Positions 30,501 through 40,514 of a stretch of DNA of 64,000 nucleotides are shown in pieces (within the stretch, counting starts at the first letter, position 1; every line of letters begins with the position of its first letter). The stretch comes from an uncultured candidatus Porisulfidus sp. Lineage in GTDB: Bacteria > Pseudomonadota > Gammaproteobacteria > Poriferisulfidales > Poriferisulfidaceae. The position numbers and the translations under genes are program-made. Under the pieces are notes generated by a model that had not been told where the DNA came from, did no database searches, and saw only the letters and a list, made by a program, of their open reading frames with translations. The stretch covers positions 384,001 to 448,000 of the forward strand of contig CBDASZ010000001.1 in NCBI GenBank assembly GCA_965199755.1, given 5' to 3'.

Positions 30501-32255
30501 ATGGCGGTCATGTGGCCTAGGAAACTACCGCATGATGTTAAATGCAACCCGCTTCGGAGCACGGAGTGTGAGGTGTTCCAGCAGCTGGAAACCTCGCTAG
30601 ATGATTCCTACGTAGTATTTTATTCACGACCATGGCTTGGTTTGAAATCGAATGGAGAAGAAATTGATGGTGAGTGTGATTTTGTAGTGGCACATTCCGA
30701 GTTGGGAATACTGATACTTGAAGTGAAAGGTGGTGCGGTGGGGTATGACCCACACAAGGATCAATGGACAAGTCGTGACCGTTGGGGCGTGACACATAAA
30801 ATCAAAAACCCAGCCCAGCAAGCTGTAGGGTCAAAGCATGTGTTAATAGGGAAGATTAGGGAGTCTGCTGGTTTTAAGAACCGATACATTAAGGCGCAGC
30901 ATGGGGTTGTTATGCCTCATTCTACAACTCCAGATGGTGATCTAGGGCCAAATATGCCGCTCAGTATATGCTGTTTCTGTGAGAGGTTCCGTGATGATTT
31001 CCAAGGTTGGATTCTAGGGCGATTTGGAAATACTAAATTGGATAGGGAGCATCATAAAGGACGTACTGGGTGGTTGGGGAAAGACAACCTTCAGGTATTG
31101 AGAAACAAAGGCCTAAAAGGTTCTACAGCCGAGGGGTTTGGGCAAGACGGTTTGGAGGTGTTGGTAAACATTTTGGCGAAACCTTTTCAGTTGCGCATCC
31201 CGCTTGGTGTCGTACTATCCCAAGATGATGCAGTCTTAAGGACGTTAACTCAGCAGCAGTTTCATATTCTGCGTGCGATAGAAGAGGTGCGGCGAGCCGC
31301 AGTTAGTGGTGGGGCAGGTACCGGAAAGACAGTGCTGGCAGTGGAAGAGGCTTTGCGCCATGCAGAGAATGGCAATCGTACTTTGTTTCTATGTTACAAC
31401 CGTGGCCTAGCTCAAGAGATACAACGTGCCTTGAAAGACAACCTGCTGATAGAGGTGATGACTTTTCATGTAATGTGCCGAGAGTTGCTTAAACGTGCAG
31501 GTTTATTGGAGCAGGTTGATATGAAGACGAAAGAAGCTTATCAGGAAATTATGCCTAGACTTGCGATACAGGCGCTGGAGTGTTTGGCAGATTTTAGATA
31601 TGATGCAATCATTGTAGATGAGGGACAAGACTTCCATCCCCTGTGGTGGAAAACCCTAGAGACAGCGCTCGCCCCCAATGGTGCAGGGCGGTTCCGCGTT
31701 TTCTATGACAACAATCAGCGTATATATTCAGGTGCCAGTAACCTTCCCAAGAATATTGATTTGATCCCTATCCGTCTTAGTCTGAACCTGCGTAACACGA
31801 AGCGCATACATGAACTTGTGCGCCAGCATTACACAGGCCACGAAATTGACCCTATTGGGCCAGAGGGTGTAGAGGTTAAGTGGATCGAAGCGAGCTCATT
31901 TGTCGAACAGGAGAAGAAAATTTTGGAGCATGTGATTCTTTTGGTTAAAGACGGGATTAAACTTGGTGATATTGCAGTTCTTGTCGAAACCGAAGTAACA
32001 GCCAAGGGTATCGCGCCAAATGGTCGTTTTGGGAAATTCTGTACGGCACGTTGTGACGAACTAGCGGAAGATCGAATCGTAATTGACAGCATTAAGCGTT
32101 TTAAGGGTCTTGACCGCTCGGTTGTGATTCTTGCTGCGACACCTAGTGCAGTGCGCAGTAAAGAATTATCCTATGTTGCGCTTTCACGTGCACGTACTTG
32201 TCTGATAATTGTTGGTGGAGAAGAGGAGTTAAACAAACTGAGAACGGGTTCATAG
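30501..32255 (+). CDS. NERD nuclease fused to SF1 (UvrD-like) helicase
   Basis: GECDFVV..LEVKGG; GGAGTGKT; IVDEGQD; NLRNT; FKGLD; YVALSRAR. Confidence 0.9.
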   Translation: MAVMWPRKLPHDVKCNPLRSTECEVFQQLETSLDDSYVVFYSRPWLGLKSNGEEIDGECDFVVAHSELGILILEVKGGAVGYDPHKDQWTSRDRWGVTHKIKNPAQQAVGSKHVLIGKIRESAGFKNRYIKAQHGVVMPHSTTPDGDLGPNMPLSICCFCERFRDDFQGWILGRFGNTKLDREHHKGRTGWLGKDNLQVLRNKGLKGSTAEGFGQDGLEVLVNILAKPFQLRIPLGVVLSQDDAVLRTLTQQQFHILRAIEEVRRAAVSGGAGTGKTVLAVEEALRHAENGNRTLFLCYNRGLAQEIQRALKDNLLIEVMTFHVMCRELLKRAGLLEQVDMKTKEAYQEIMPRLAIQALECLADFRYDAIIVDEGQDFHPLWWKTLETALAPNGAGRFRVFYDNNQRIYSGASNLPKNIDLIPIRLSLNLRNTKRIHELVRQHYTGHEIDPIGPEGVEVKWIEASSFVEQEKKILEHVILLVKDGIKLGDIAVLVETEVTAKGIAPNGRFGKFCTARCDELAEDRIVIDSIKRFKGLDRSVVILAATPSAVRSKELSYVALSRARTCLIIVGGEEELNKLRTGS

Positions 32256-32305
32256 CAAGCCTTTCAGGAGAGATTCTGCTGTATAAATTCCTAATGTGTT
32301 GAAGA

Positions 32306-32357
32306 ATGACGCAATGTCATATTAATTCCCCATTTTTAGTTAATGTATAATGCCTGA
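32306..32357 (+). promoter_or_regulatory. Putative operator and -10 box of the methylase gene
   Basis: Inverted repeat ATGAC-GCAAT-GTCAT (32306-32320); TATAAT at 32346-32351, 6 nt before ATG. Confidence 0.5.
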
Positions 32358-33620
32358 ATGCAGGTTTTACACCCCCAAACGGACTTCTCCGACTTGCGGA
32401 AACGAACAGGGCTTTCTTACGAAGATCTGTCTGAACAGGTCGGTTTTTCTGTTCGCACACTCTATCGCTGGGAGCGAGGTGAGACGAAACCGCGCAAGGC
32501 AGCCATCCGAATTCTGGAAGGTATTGTGAGGGACACTCGCCCCGACACGAGAGAGGAGCACACCTTCAGTTTTATTGACCTGTTTGCCGGGATCGGAGGA
32601 ATGCGCCGAGCATTTGAACCGCTGGGCGGAAAATGTGTGTTCACATCAGAGTGGAATACATACGCACAGCAAACGTATCAGGCCAATTACCACTGTGACC
32701 ATGAGATTGCGGGGGACATCACAAAAATATCGGCAGGCGACATTCCGGGCCATGATTTGCTTTTGGCCGGATTTCCATGCCAGCCATTTTCGATCGCTGG
32801 CGTCTCAAAGAAAAACGCACTAAAGCAGCCGCATGGGTTTCGGTGTGAGGCGCAGGGCACATTGTTTTTTGATGTTGCCAGAATCATTGAAGCCCATCAG
32901 CCTAGAGCGTTTCTTCTTGAGAATGTGAAGAACCTCGTGAGCCACAATAAAGGCAGAACGTTTGAGTTGATTCATCGAACCCTGGTTGAAGAACTCGGCT
33001 ACCAGATTCACTGGAAGGTTTTGGATGCGCGCTCATGGGTGCCTCAGCACCGGGAGCGAATTTTTATTGCTGGCTTTCGCGAATCCAACGGTTTTACGTT
33101 CGATGATTTCAGGGTTCCTTCAGATCACCCGACCATGCAATCCATATTGCATCCCGAGGATGGCAGCGAGCCGGAAGAAGCCCCATGGACGCAAGGATCA
33201 GAGGCAACTGTTTCTGACAAGTACGTATTATCAGATCATCTGTGGAATTATCTTCAGAACTATGCCGCCAAGCATCGGGCTGCGGGCAACGGATTCGGGT
33301 ACGGCATGGTGGGCCTAGGTGATGTCTCCCGGACCCTTTCAGCGCGTTATTACAAGGACGGATCAGAAATTCTGATTCACAGGGGTAAAAAGAATCCTCG
33401 TCGACTGACCCCCCGGGAATGCGCTCGGCTCATGGGTTTTGATGAGACAGGGGGACGGAGATTCGTTATCCCGGTGTCGGACACGCAGGCATACAGGCAG
33501 TTTGGAAATGCTGTTGTTGTCCCCTGTGTTTCGGCTGTGGCACGTCGGATGCTGCCCTGGATTGTTGCTGCAACCGCAGACAGCAGACATACGCAGACGG
33601 AGCTTCCTCTCGTTGCCTGA
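32358..33620 (+). CDS. dcm: C5 DNA cytosine methyltransferase with N-terminal HTH (Dcm/M.EcoRII-like)
   Basis: XRE HTH; DLFAGIGG, GFPCQ, ENV, RTLSARYYKDGSE, QFGNAV. Confidence 0.93.
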   Translation: MQVLHPQTDFSDLRKRTGLSYEDLSEQVGFSVRTLYRWERGETKPRKAAIRILEGIVRDTRPDTREEHTFSFIDLFAGIGGMRRAFEPLGGKCVFTSEWNTYAQQTYQANYHCDHEIAGDITKISAGDIPGHDLLLAGFPCQPFSIAGVSKKNALKQPHGFRCEAQGTLFFDVARIIEAHQPRAFLLENVKNLVSHNKGRTFELIHRTLVEELGYQIHWKVLDARSWVPQHRERIFIAGFRESNGFTFDDFRVPSDHPTMQSILHPEDGSEPEEAPWTQGSEATVSDKYVLSDHLWNYLQNYAAKHRAAGNGFGYGMVGLGDVSRTLSARYYKDGSEILIHRGKKNPRRLTPRECARLMGFDETGGRRFVIPVSDTQAYRQFGNAVVVPCVSAVARRMLPWIVAATADSRHTQTELPLVA

Positions 33621-34065
33621 TATCGTCGACAGCACGACCCGCAGCCGCATGATGGCGGGTATTCGTGGCAAGGATACCCGACCGGAAATAATGATACGGC
33701 GAGGTCTCCATGCGCGGGGATTCAGGTTTCGGGTGCACGACCAGAGGCTTCCGGGGAAACCGGACATGATATTTCCGGGACGCAAGGCAGTTATTTTTGT
33801 CAACGGTTGTTTTTGGCACGGGCATGATTGCCATTTGTTCAAGTGGCCGGACAGCCGTGCGGAGTTCTGGCGACAGAAAATTTCCAGAACCCGCGTCAGG
33901 GATGCAGAAGTACGCAACGCCTTGAATGCTGATGGCTGGAGAGTTCTTGAGGTCTGGGAATGTGCCATGAGAGGGAAGACCCGGCGTCCGTTTGATGAGG
34001 TACTGGGCTTGGCTGATGCGTGGCTACAGTCAGGATCCTGCCGTAGTGAGATCGCTGGGGTATAG
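33613..34065 (+). CDS. vsr: Very short patch repair endonuclease
   Basis: RSRMMAGIRGKDTRPE, LPGKPD, GCFWHGH, VWEC; TTG start overlaps dcm. Confidence 0.95.
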   Translation: MPDIVDSTTRSRMMAGIRGKDTRPEIMIRRGLHARGFRFRVHDQRLPGKPDMIFPGRKAVIFVNGCFWHGHDCHLFKWPDSRAEFWRQKISRTRVRDAEVRNALNADGWRVLEVWECAMRGKTRRPFDEVLGLADAWLQSGSCRSEIAGV

Positions 34066-34068
34066 AAC

Positions 34069-35289
34069 GTGAGCATGGATCAATTAATATTGTGGTTCGA
34101 CGACTGTTCTAGCGCCGGTTGTCTGTGGTATGTGAAGCGGCTCTCTGGGAACGATACGCTCGCCAATGGGACGCATCAGGCGGGACCATACATCCCCAAG
34201 AACTTCCTTTTTGAAGTGTTCCCTGAGATCAATCAGCGGCGTGCTAAGAATCCCGATGTGTGGGTTATGGCAGCTATAGATTCTGGTGGTGATCAGCGGA
34301 AGATACGGGTTGTTTGGTACAACCAAAAAACGCGCGATGAAACTCGGATGACAAACTTCGGAGGAAAGTCTTCAGAACTTCTGAACCCTGAAAATACTGG
34401 TGCTCTGGCGATATTTTCCTTTTGCAGAGCTGGTTCGGCTTCGACGGTTGAGTGTCGTATCTGGGTTTGTCGGGATGAGGTTGAGGAGAATTTTGTCGAG
34501 GACCGTCTTGGGCCGGTAGAGCCTGGGAATGGCTTTGCCCACACTCCGCATTTACATACAGTAGCTCCACTGTCCGATTTTTCAGTACGCCGTCACCAAA
34601 GTTGCTGGCTCGAGAGGGACCAGTTTCCAGACGGATGGTTTGAGCACTTCCCGAGCGGGCAGGAAATAATCAACAAGGTTATAGAAATGCGCCCGGGCAT
34701 GGACTTTGAGCCCGATCAGAGATTATTGCAGCGCAGAGAGTGTGAATATCAGTTGTTTCAGAGTTTAGAGGAGGCACGTGAACTTCCTGTAATCAAAAGT
34801 GGCTACCATCACGTAGGGCAATTCATAGATCATGCGCAGACTATTCTGCAGCGTCGAAAATCAAGAGCTGGGCGGTCGCTTGAGTTGCATGCTCGATCGA
34901 TCTTTCTCGAAGAAGGTTTGAAGGAAGGTCTGAATTTTTCCTATCAGCAGGTCACAGAAGGAGCAAAGCGCCCAGATTTTCTTTTTCCTTCAATTCATGC
35001 TTACCAAGATATATCCTTTCCAGACGACAAGTTGCGTATACTTGCTGTTAAGACAACGTGCAAGGATCGTTGGCGGCAGGTATTAAACGAGGCGGATCGT
35101 ATTGAGCATATTCATCTCCTTACTCTTCAGGAAGGAGTATCCGAAGGACAGTTTCGTGAAATGTCCGATAAAGGCGTTCAGCTTGTCGTTCCGAGTAAAT
35201 TGCAGGCGAAATTCAAAAGATCAATCCGGCCATACCTTCAGACATTCCAGGAATTCATAGAAGAATTGAAGTCGCTAGGCACGCCATAG
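34069..35289 (+). CDS. EcoRII-type type II restriction endonuclease
   Basis: KRLSGNDT..HQAG effector domain; RRKSRAGRSLE, PDFLFP, KTTCKDRWRQ. Confidence 0.92.
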   Translation: MSMDQLILWFDDCSSAGCLWYVKRLSGNDTLANGTHQAGPYIPKNFLFEVFPEINQRRAKNPDVWVMAAIDSGGDQRKIRVVWYNQKTRDETRMTNFGGKSSELLNPENTGALAIFSFCRAGSASTVECRIWVCRDEVEENFVEDRLGPVEPGNGFAHTPHLHTVAPLSDFSVRRHQSCWLERDQFPDGWFEHFPSGQEIINKVIEMRPGMDFEPDQRLLQRRECEYQLFQSLEEARELPVIKSGYHHVGQFIDHAQTILQRRKSRAGRSLELHARSIFLEEGLKEGLNFSYQQVTEGAKRPDFLFPSIHAYQDISFPDDKLRILAVKTTCKDRWRQVLNEADRIEHIHLLTLQEGVSEGQFREMSDKGVQLVVPSKLQAKFKRSIRPYLQTFQEFIEELKSLGTP

Positions 35290-35343
35290 ATCGGGGGTGC
35301 GGTTTTGCAGGTATACTGTCACATAATCTTGCAAATAAATTAA

Positions 35344-35676
35344 TGCAAGAAACAACTGATCAAAAAATTAAATGCTGTAGCGGACGAACTGCGCGTCCCG
35401 TCATCTGCCTTGTGCTGGCGTCTGGTTGCCCTAAAAGAAATAGAGCCGTCTGTGGCAGATTCGTTGCCTGAGGCCGCTTTGCGCAACAATGGCCGCAAAT
35501 CTGCGAAAGTGACACCACCTGCGTTGTTTTCCAAGCAATATGCCGAGGTTCTTGGCCAAGCCATCGAAGGAGGGTTTGTCTCTGTGCGGCGTGCAGCCAG
35601 ACTGCTGCACTTCACAATCGATGACTTAATTGACTTTTTTGCGGCTCACGACGTTAAATGTGACATCAGATTATGA
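35344..35676 (+). pseudogene. C-terminal fragment of a probable ImmA/IrrE-family protein
   Basis: LNAVADELRV..SALCWRLVAL, G.VSVRRAARLL; no start codon or HEXXH, in-frame stop at 35341. Confidence 0.5.
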
Positions 35677-35698
35677 ATGTCATAGATCAGAACCAGTT

Positions 35699-36781
35699 TT
35701 AGACGGACCAGATAGCTCCGCTGATGCAAGTTTGTTGACTGCCTGTGATACCACGCAAGTCGATTGCCTCATTGCGAACCCGTTGCCGCGCGAGCCAAGC
35801 GAACAGGCAGCACTCCACCCACTCAGCATCAAGTCCGTAAGTGTCTGTTGGCAGAACTGTAGCTTCCAACAAGTGAGCCAAGCGTTCCATGAGCCACAGG
35901 TTGCGCGCGTTGCCACCACAGACCAAAACCGTATCCACCTCATCGATCGCGTCCGCGATGCTGCGTGCTGTCAACTCCGCCAGTGTCGCCTGAACAACAT
36001 CAGGCGCCGCCGGATGACTGCTGATTAATCCCTCCAGCCAATCCCGGCTGAAATACTCGCGTCCCGTACTTTTGGGCAGGGACTGTGAGAAATATGGATC
36101 TTCCAGCATCGCTTCCAGCAATGCTTCATTCGGAGTCGCGGAACGCGCCCACGCACCGTCGCGGTCAAAGGGCTCGCCTTGATGCAGCAGGCACCATTCG
36201 TCCATGAGCGCACCACCGGGACCGCTGTCGAATCCGGTAGATGGGTCTTCGGCTGGCAGTTGTGTGATATTGGCGATGCCACCGATATTGACGACCGCGC
36301 GGTCTTCAGAAGGAGTGTAGAACAGCACCTGATGTATGAGCGGTGCCAACGGTGCGCCTTCACCGCCTTCGGCCAGGTCCCGTCGCCGGAAATCGCTGAC
36401 TACCGTCACTTTGCACTGGGTGCTGATCAGGTTGGGGTCCAGCAGCTGCAGCGTCAATCTCGGCTGGCCGCCTCCCTGATGCAGCAGGGTTTGCCCGTGG
36501 AGGCCGGCCGCGCTGATGTCGCTTGCGGGCACATCACAGGACTCAAGCAGCGCGCTAATACATTGTGCGAAACACTGACTCAGACCGTGTTCAGCTAGCG
36601 CGAATTCATGCAGGGTGCATGGGTTGCGCGAGAGGGTCAGGAGTTTTTCCCGCAGCAATTCCGGGAACGGAATTGAATAGTGCGCGAGAAGTTCGGGGAG
36701 GGAAGGCGTGAAGTCAAATAATGCGGCATCAATGGAATTCATGCTCGTGCCGCTGAGGGCACCGAGATAGAGTTCGCTCAT
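35699..36781 (-). CDS. anmK: Anhydro-N-acetylmuramic acid kinase
   Basis: SGTS, HGQT, DFRRRD..GGEGAPL, NIGGIAN, PKSTGRE. Confidence 0.96.
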   Translation of the reverse strand: MSELYLGALSGTSMNSIDAALFDFTPSLPELLAHYSIPFPELLREKLLTLSRNPCTLHEFALAEHGLSQCFAQCISALLESCDVPASDISAAGLHGQTLLHQGGGQPRLTLQLLDPNLISTQCKVTVVSDFRRRDLAEGGEGAPLAPLIHQVLFYTPSEDRAVVNIGGIANITQLPAEDPSTGFDSGPGGALMDEWCLLHQGEPFDRDGAWARSATPNEALLEAMLEDPYFSQSLPKSTGREYFSRDWLEGLISSHPAAPDVVQATLAELTARSIADAIDEVDTVLVCGGNARNLWLMERLAHLLEATVLPTDTYGLDAEWVECCLFAWLARQRVRNEAIDLRGITGSQQTCISGAIWSV

Positions 36782-38181
36782 TGTGCGTCGGCAAGATTGA
36801 CGGCAGTGTTCGTCATCTGATCCAGAATCTTCAGTGCGGCTGCGTTTTCATGCAGGAACCGAAGTTTCTCGACCTCTGTCAGAGATTCGACGGCAGGCAT
36901 GTTTTTGGTGATTTTATGCGGATCTCGATGCACTCCGTTCTCACGCAGTTCATAGTGCAGATGCGGGCCGGTTGACAGCCCGGACGAACCGACATAGCCG
37001 ATGGTTTGTCCTTGCTTGACGTGGCTGCCGACCTTGATGCCGGAGGCGTACTTTGAGAGGTGTGCGTAGACGGTTGTGTAGCGGCTGTCATGGCGGATGA
37101 AGATTACGCGCCCGTAAGCGCCGTCGCGCGCGCGAAAAGTGACTTTGCCATCAGCGGTAGCATAGACCGGGGTGCCGGTAGGTGCGGCGTAGTCGGTTCC
37201 GCGGTGCGGGCGCACTATTTTTAGAACCGGGTGCAGCCGTCGCGGATTGAAGTGTGAGCTGATCCGTCGGTAGTTCACGGGGGAGCGCAGGAATTGCTTG
37301 CGCAGGGCCTTGCCCTCTGGTGTGTAATAGAGCGCTCTGCCGGTTTCATCGGTATGCCACAGCGCGCGGAAGCGTTCTCCGCGATTGACGAACTCCGCGG
37401 CGAGAATATCGCCGTCTCCCACACGTTTGCCTTCCACCCAGTGTTCTTCCCACAGCAGGTGGAAATGATCGCCTCGGCGCAGACCGACGCTGAAATCAAT
37501 GTCCCAGGCAAACACTTTGGCGAGTTTGTCGACCACGCCGGGGTTGAGGCCGGCTTGTGCGCCGTCGACTGACAGACTGTGTGTGATGGTGCCGCTGACC
37601 TGGCGCTGACGAATGTCGACCGGCAGCACGACGCGCTCGACAGTGTAGCGTCCGTCTGCTTCGCGCGAATAATGGATTGTCTCGGTCGGACTGGTATGCA
37701 CGATCAACTGCATCAGTTGCTTGCCGTCATGCCGCAGCTCCAGCACTTGGCCGAGATGCAGGCGATGTAGCGGCTTGGAGTCCGCGCCCAGACGCAGCAA
37801 CTCAGGCAGTGCCGAGAACATGCTGGCCCGTTTCAGGATCAGGGACAAGGTGTCGCCGCGGCGCACGCGCACTTCGCGAGTCTCAAGTTCTTCCTCTGCC
37901 TCAGCCTGATATGTCGGCTCGGTTTGAGCTGCCGGGGGTGGCGCTTCGGAAAGGGGTGTTTCTATATTTTGGGCGGATACGAGTTCAGGGGAGGCGGCTA
38001 TTTCTGTGTTGGCAGTATGTGCTGACGCGTGGCTGGGGTCGAAGTCCGGCAGCAGAACCAAAGAGCCGGCCAGCCCGGCGCAGCCGATGAGGGCGATCAG
38101 CGCGATTTTGCCGGAATGCTTCTCTGTGCGCTTCGCAGGTTGCGACGCCTCAAAGAAGAAAGAGAGTTGCGAGTCAGTCAT
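36778..38181 (-). CDS. M23 murein DD-endopeptidase (MepM/OapA-like)
   Basis: HRGTD, YAHL, GPHLHYE; conserved anmK-tyrS context. Confidence 0.92.
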   Translation of the reverse strand: MTDSQLSFFFEASQPAKRTEKHSGKIALIALIGCAGLAGSLVLLPDFDPSHASAHTANTEIAASPELVSAQNIETPLSEAPPPAAQTEPTYQAEAEEELETREVRVRRGDTLSLILKRASMFSALPELLRLGADSKPLHRLHLGQVLELRHDGKQLMQLIVHTSPTETIHYSREADGRYTVERVVLPVDIRQRQVSGTITHSLSVDGAQAGLNPGVVDKLAKVFAWDIDFSVGLRRGDHFHLLWEEHWVEGKRVGDGDILAAEFVNRGERFRALWHTDETGRALYYTPEGKALRKQFLRSPVNYRRISSHFNPRRLHPVLKIVRPHRGTDYAAPTGTPVYATADGKVTFRARDGAYGRVIFIRHDSRYTTVYAHLSKYASGIKVGSHVKQGQTIGYVGSSGLSTGPHLHYELRENGVHRDPHKITKNMPAVESLTEVEKLRFLHENAAALKILDQMTNTAVNLADAQ

Positions 38182-38397
38182 GCGAGCACAAATGTTTCGG
38201 GTGCGCAAAAACAATAAATATATTAATTGCGGCAAATGGGGAAATAAGATAGGATTGACGCCAGATTCAGCGAGGTGTGAGAAGTTTCGCGCATGTCTGC
38301 GGTACGGGCAGCATGAGGGGGCGATTTACAAGATTTCTCGTTGTTTTCGCTAATTTTTTGGCCTGAAATTCTTTCTGTTTTATTTCTGTGCAATCCA

Positions 38398-39600
38398 ATG
38401 CCTAATTCTAGCATAACTTCCCTGATGCAAGGGGTGCAGCAGGCGTTTAGCGAGGAGGAACTTGGCGAGCGCCTGCAACAGGATCGCCCGCTGCGCGTTA
38501 AGGTGGGCTTTGATCCGACCGCGCCGGATTTGCACCTCGGACATACCGTCCTGATGCACAAAATGCGGCAGTTTCAGGATCTGGGGCATCAGGTTATCTT
38601 TCTGGTGGGTGACTTCACCGGTCGCATCGGCGACCCGTCCGGGCGCAACTCCACGCGCCCGATTCTGAGCGCGGAAGAGCTTCAGACCAACCGCAAGACC
38701 TATCTGGAGCAAGCGTTCAAGATTCTGGATCAGGAACGCACGGAAGTACGCTCCAATGCGGAGTGGATGGATCAGATGAGCCCGGACGATTTGGTGCGTC
38801 TGGCTTCTGAGATGACGGTGGCGCGGATGCTGGAACGCGACGATTTCTCCAAGCGCTACGCGGACAATCAACCGATCGCGGTGCATGAGTTTCTGTACCC
38901 TCTGATTCAGGGCTACGACTCGGTCATGCTGGAGGCGGATGTCGAATTGGGCGGTACCGACCAGACTTTCAATCTGCTGGTCGGGCGTGAGATGCAAAAG
39001 CGCCGTGGCCAGCCGCCGCAAGTCGTTATGACCTTGCCGCTTTTGGAAGGCACCGACGGCGTGCACAAGATGTCGAAGTCCTACGACAATGCGATTGGCA
39101 TTCAGGAGCCTCCTGATGAGATGTTCGGCAAGTTGATGTCGGTGTCAGACGAACTGATGTGGCGGTATTTTGAGTTGCTGAGCCTGCGTCCGAGCGAGGA
39201 GATAGAGGCGTTGCGCCAGCAAGTGGCCCAAGGCGGCAACCCTCGGGATGTGAAGATTGAACTGGCGCATGAACTGGTGCAGCGTTTTCATGGTGATGCC
39301 GCGGCCGAACAGGCGCAAGCGGATTTCGCGACACGTTTTCAGCATCAGCAGATCCCGGAGAATATCGAAGAAGTCGTACTGCATTACGACGAGGACCCCG
39401 CCGTGCCGCAGGTGTTGCTGCAATCAGGCTTGTGTCCCTCGACTTCCGAGGCGCGCCGGATGATTCAGGCGGGGGCAGTGCGGGTGAATGAAAGCAAGAT
39501 CAGTGACATTAAGATGACCTTGCCACTTGATGGCACACCGATTGTGCTGCAAGTCGGACGCCGGCGTATCTGCCAGGTCTCCCTGCATCACAAGGAGTAG
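38398..39600 (+). CDS. tyrS: Tyrosine--tRNA ligase
   Basis: [19 protein letters not shown]4 domain. Confidence 0.97.
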   Translation: MPNSSITSLMQGVQQAFSEEELGERLQQDRPLRVKVGFDPTAPDLHLGHTVLMHKMRQFQDLGHQVIFLVGDFTGRIGDPSGRNSTRPILSAEELQTNRKTYLEQAFKILDQERTEVRSNAEWMDQMSPDDLVRLASEMTVARMLERDDFSKRYADNQPIAVHEFLYPLIQGYDSVMLEADVELGGTDQTFNLLVGREMQKRRGQPPQVVMTLPLLEGTDGVHKMSKSYDNAIGIQEPPDEMFGKLMSVSDELMWRYFELLSLRPSEEIEALRQQVAQGGNPRDVKIELAHELVQRFHGDAAAEQAQADFATRFQHQQIPENIEEVVLHYDEDPAVPQVLLQSGLCPSTSEARRMIQAGAVRVNESKISDIKMTLPLDGTPIVLQVGRRRICQVSLHHKE

Positions 39601-39602
39601 TT

Positions 39603-40514
39603 TTAGAGCGCGGGATCAATCACGAACCACCCGAACAGCACCCAGTATCGATCCAGTAGCAACAGCAGAAACAGTCCCATCAAGTAGATGATCGAATAGC
39701 TGAAGATTGGCATGGCCAGACGGTTGTCGCGCTCGCGCTGCATCTGAATGGTGTAGACCAGAAACACCGAGCCGAGTACTACCGCTCCGATTAGATACAG
39801 GATGCCAGATAAATGGATGACGAAGGGCAGCAGACTGACCGCCAGTAGCAAGGCGGTATACAGGGTGACTTGTAGCCGGGTGTAATTGTCGCCGTGCGTG
39901 ACTGGCAGCATCGGGATGCCCATCTTGGCGTAGTCCTCTTTGCGATGCAGCGCCAGCGCCCAGAAATGCGGCGGTGTCCAGATGAAGATAATCAGAAACA
40001 GCACCATCGCGCCGGGCTCGATGGCACCGGTCACTGTGGTCCAGCCCAATAGCGGAGGAGTGGCCCCGGCCGCGCCGCCGATCACGATGTTCTGCGGGGT
40101 GGCGCGTTTCAGGTAGAGGGTGTAGACCATGGCGTAGCCGGTCAGCGAGCCGAACGTCAGCCATGCGGTCAGTACGTTGACGTAATGATTGAGTATGCCG
40201 AATCCGAGTGAGCCGAGCAGCAGGGCGAACAGCATGGCGCGACGCACACTGAGCACGCCGCGCGGCAGGGGGCGGCCTTGGGTGCGACTCATTTTCGCGT
40301 CGATGTGGCGGTCTGTGACTTGATTGATGGACGCTGCCGCTGCTGCCATCAGCGTGATGCCGATCGTACCGGCGAACATTTTTGCCAGATTCTGCATCAA
40401 GGGGTCGGCCATTACCATGCCGATGAGGGCGGTGAATGTCATTAGCGCGACCACGCGCGGTTTGGTGATCTCCAGATAATCGCGCCACGTCGCGCGCGCG
40501 GTGGAATCATTCAC
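39603..40514 (-). CDS. cyoE: Heme o synthase
   Basis: TKPRV, D..M.RT..RP, WTPPHFWAL. Confidence 0.96.
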   Translation of the reverse strand: MNDSTARATWRDYLEITKPRVVALMTFTALIGMVMADPLMQNLAKMFAGTIGITLMAAAAASINQVTDRHIDAKMSRTQGRPLPRGVLSVRRAMLFALLLGSLGFGILNHYVNVLTAWLTFGSLTGYAMVYTLYLKRATPQNIVIGGAAGATPPLLGWTTVTGAIEPGAMVLFLIIFIWTPPHFWALALHRKEDYAKMGIPMLPVTHGDNYTRLQVTLYTALLLAVSLLPFVIHLSGILYLIGAVVLGSVFLVYTIQMQRERDNRLAMPIFSYSIIYLMGLFLLLLLDRYWVLFGWFVIDPAL

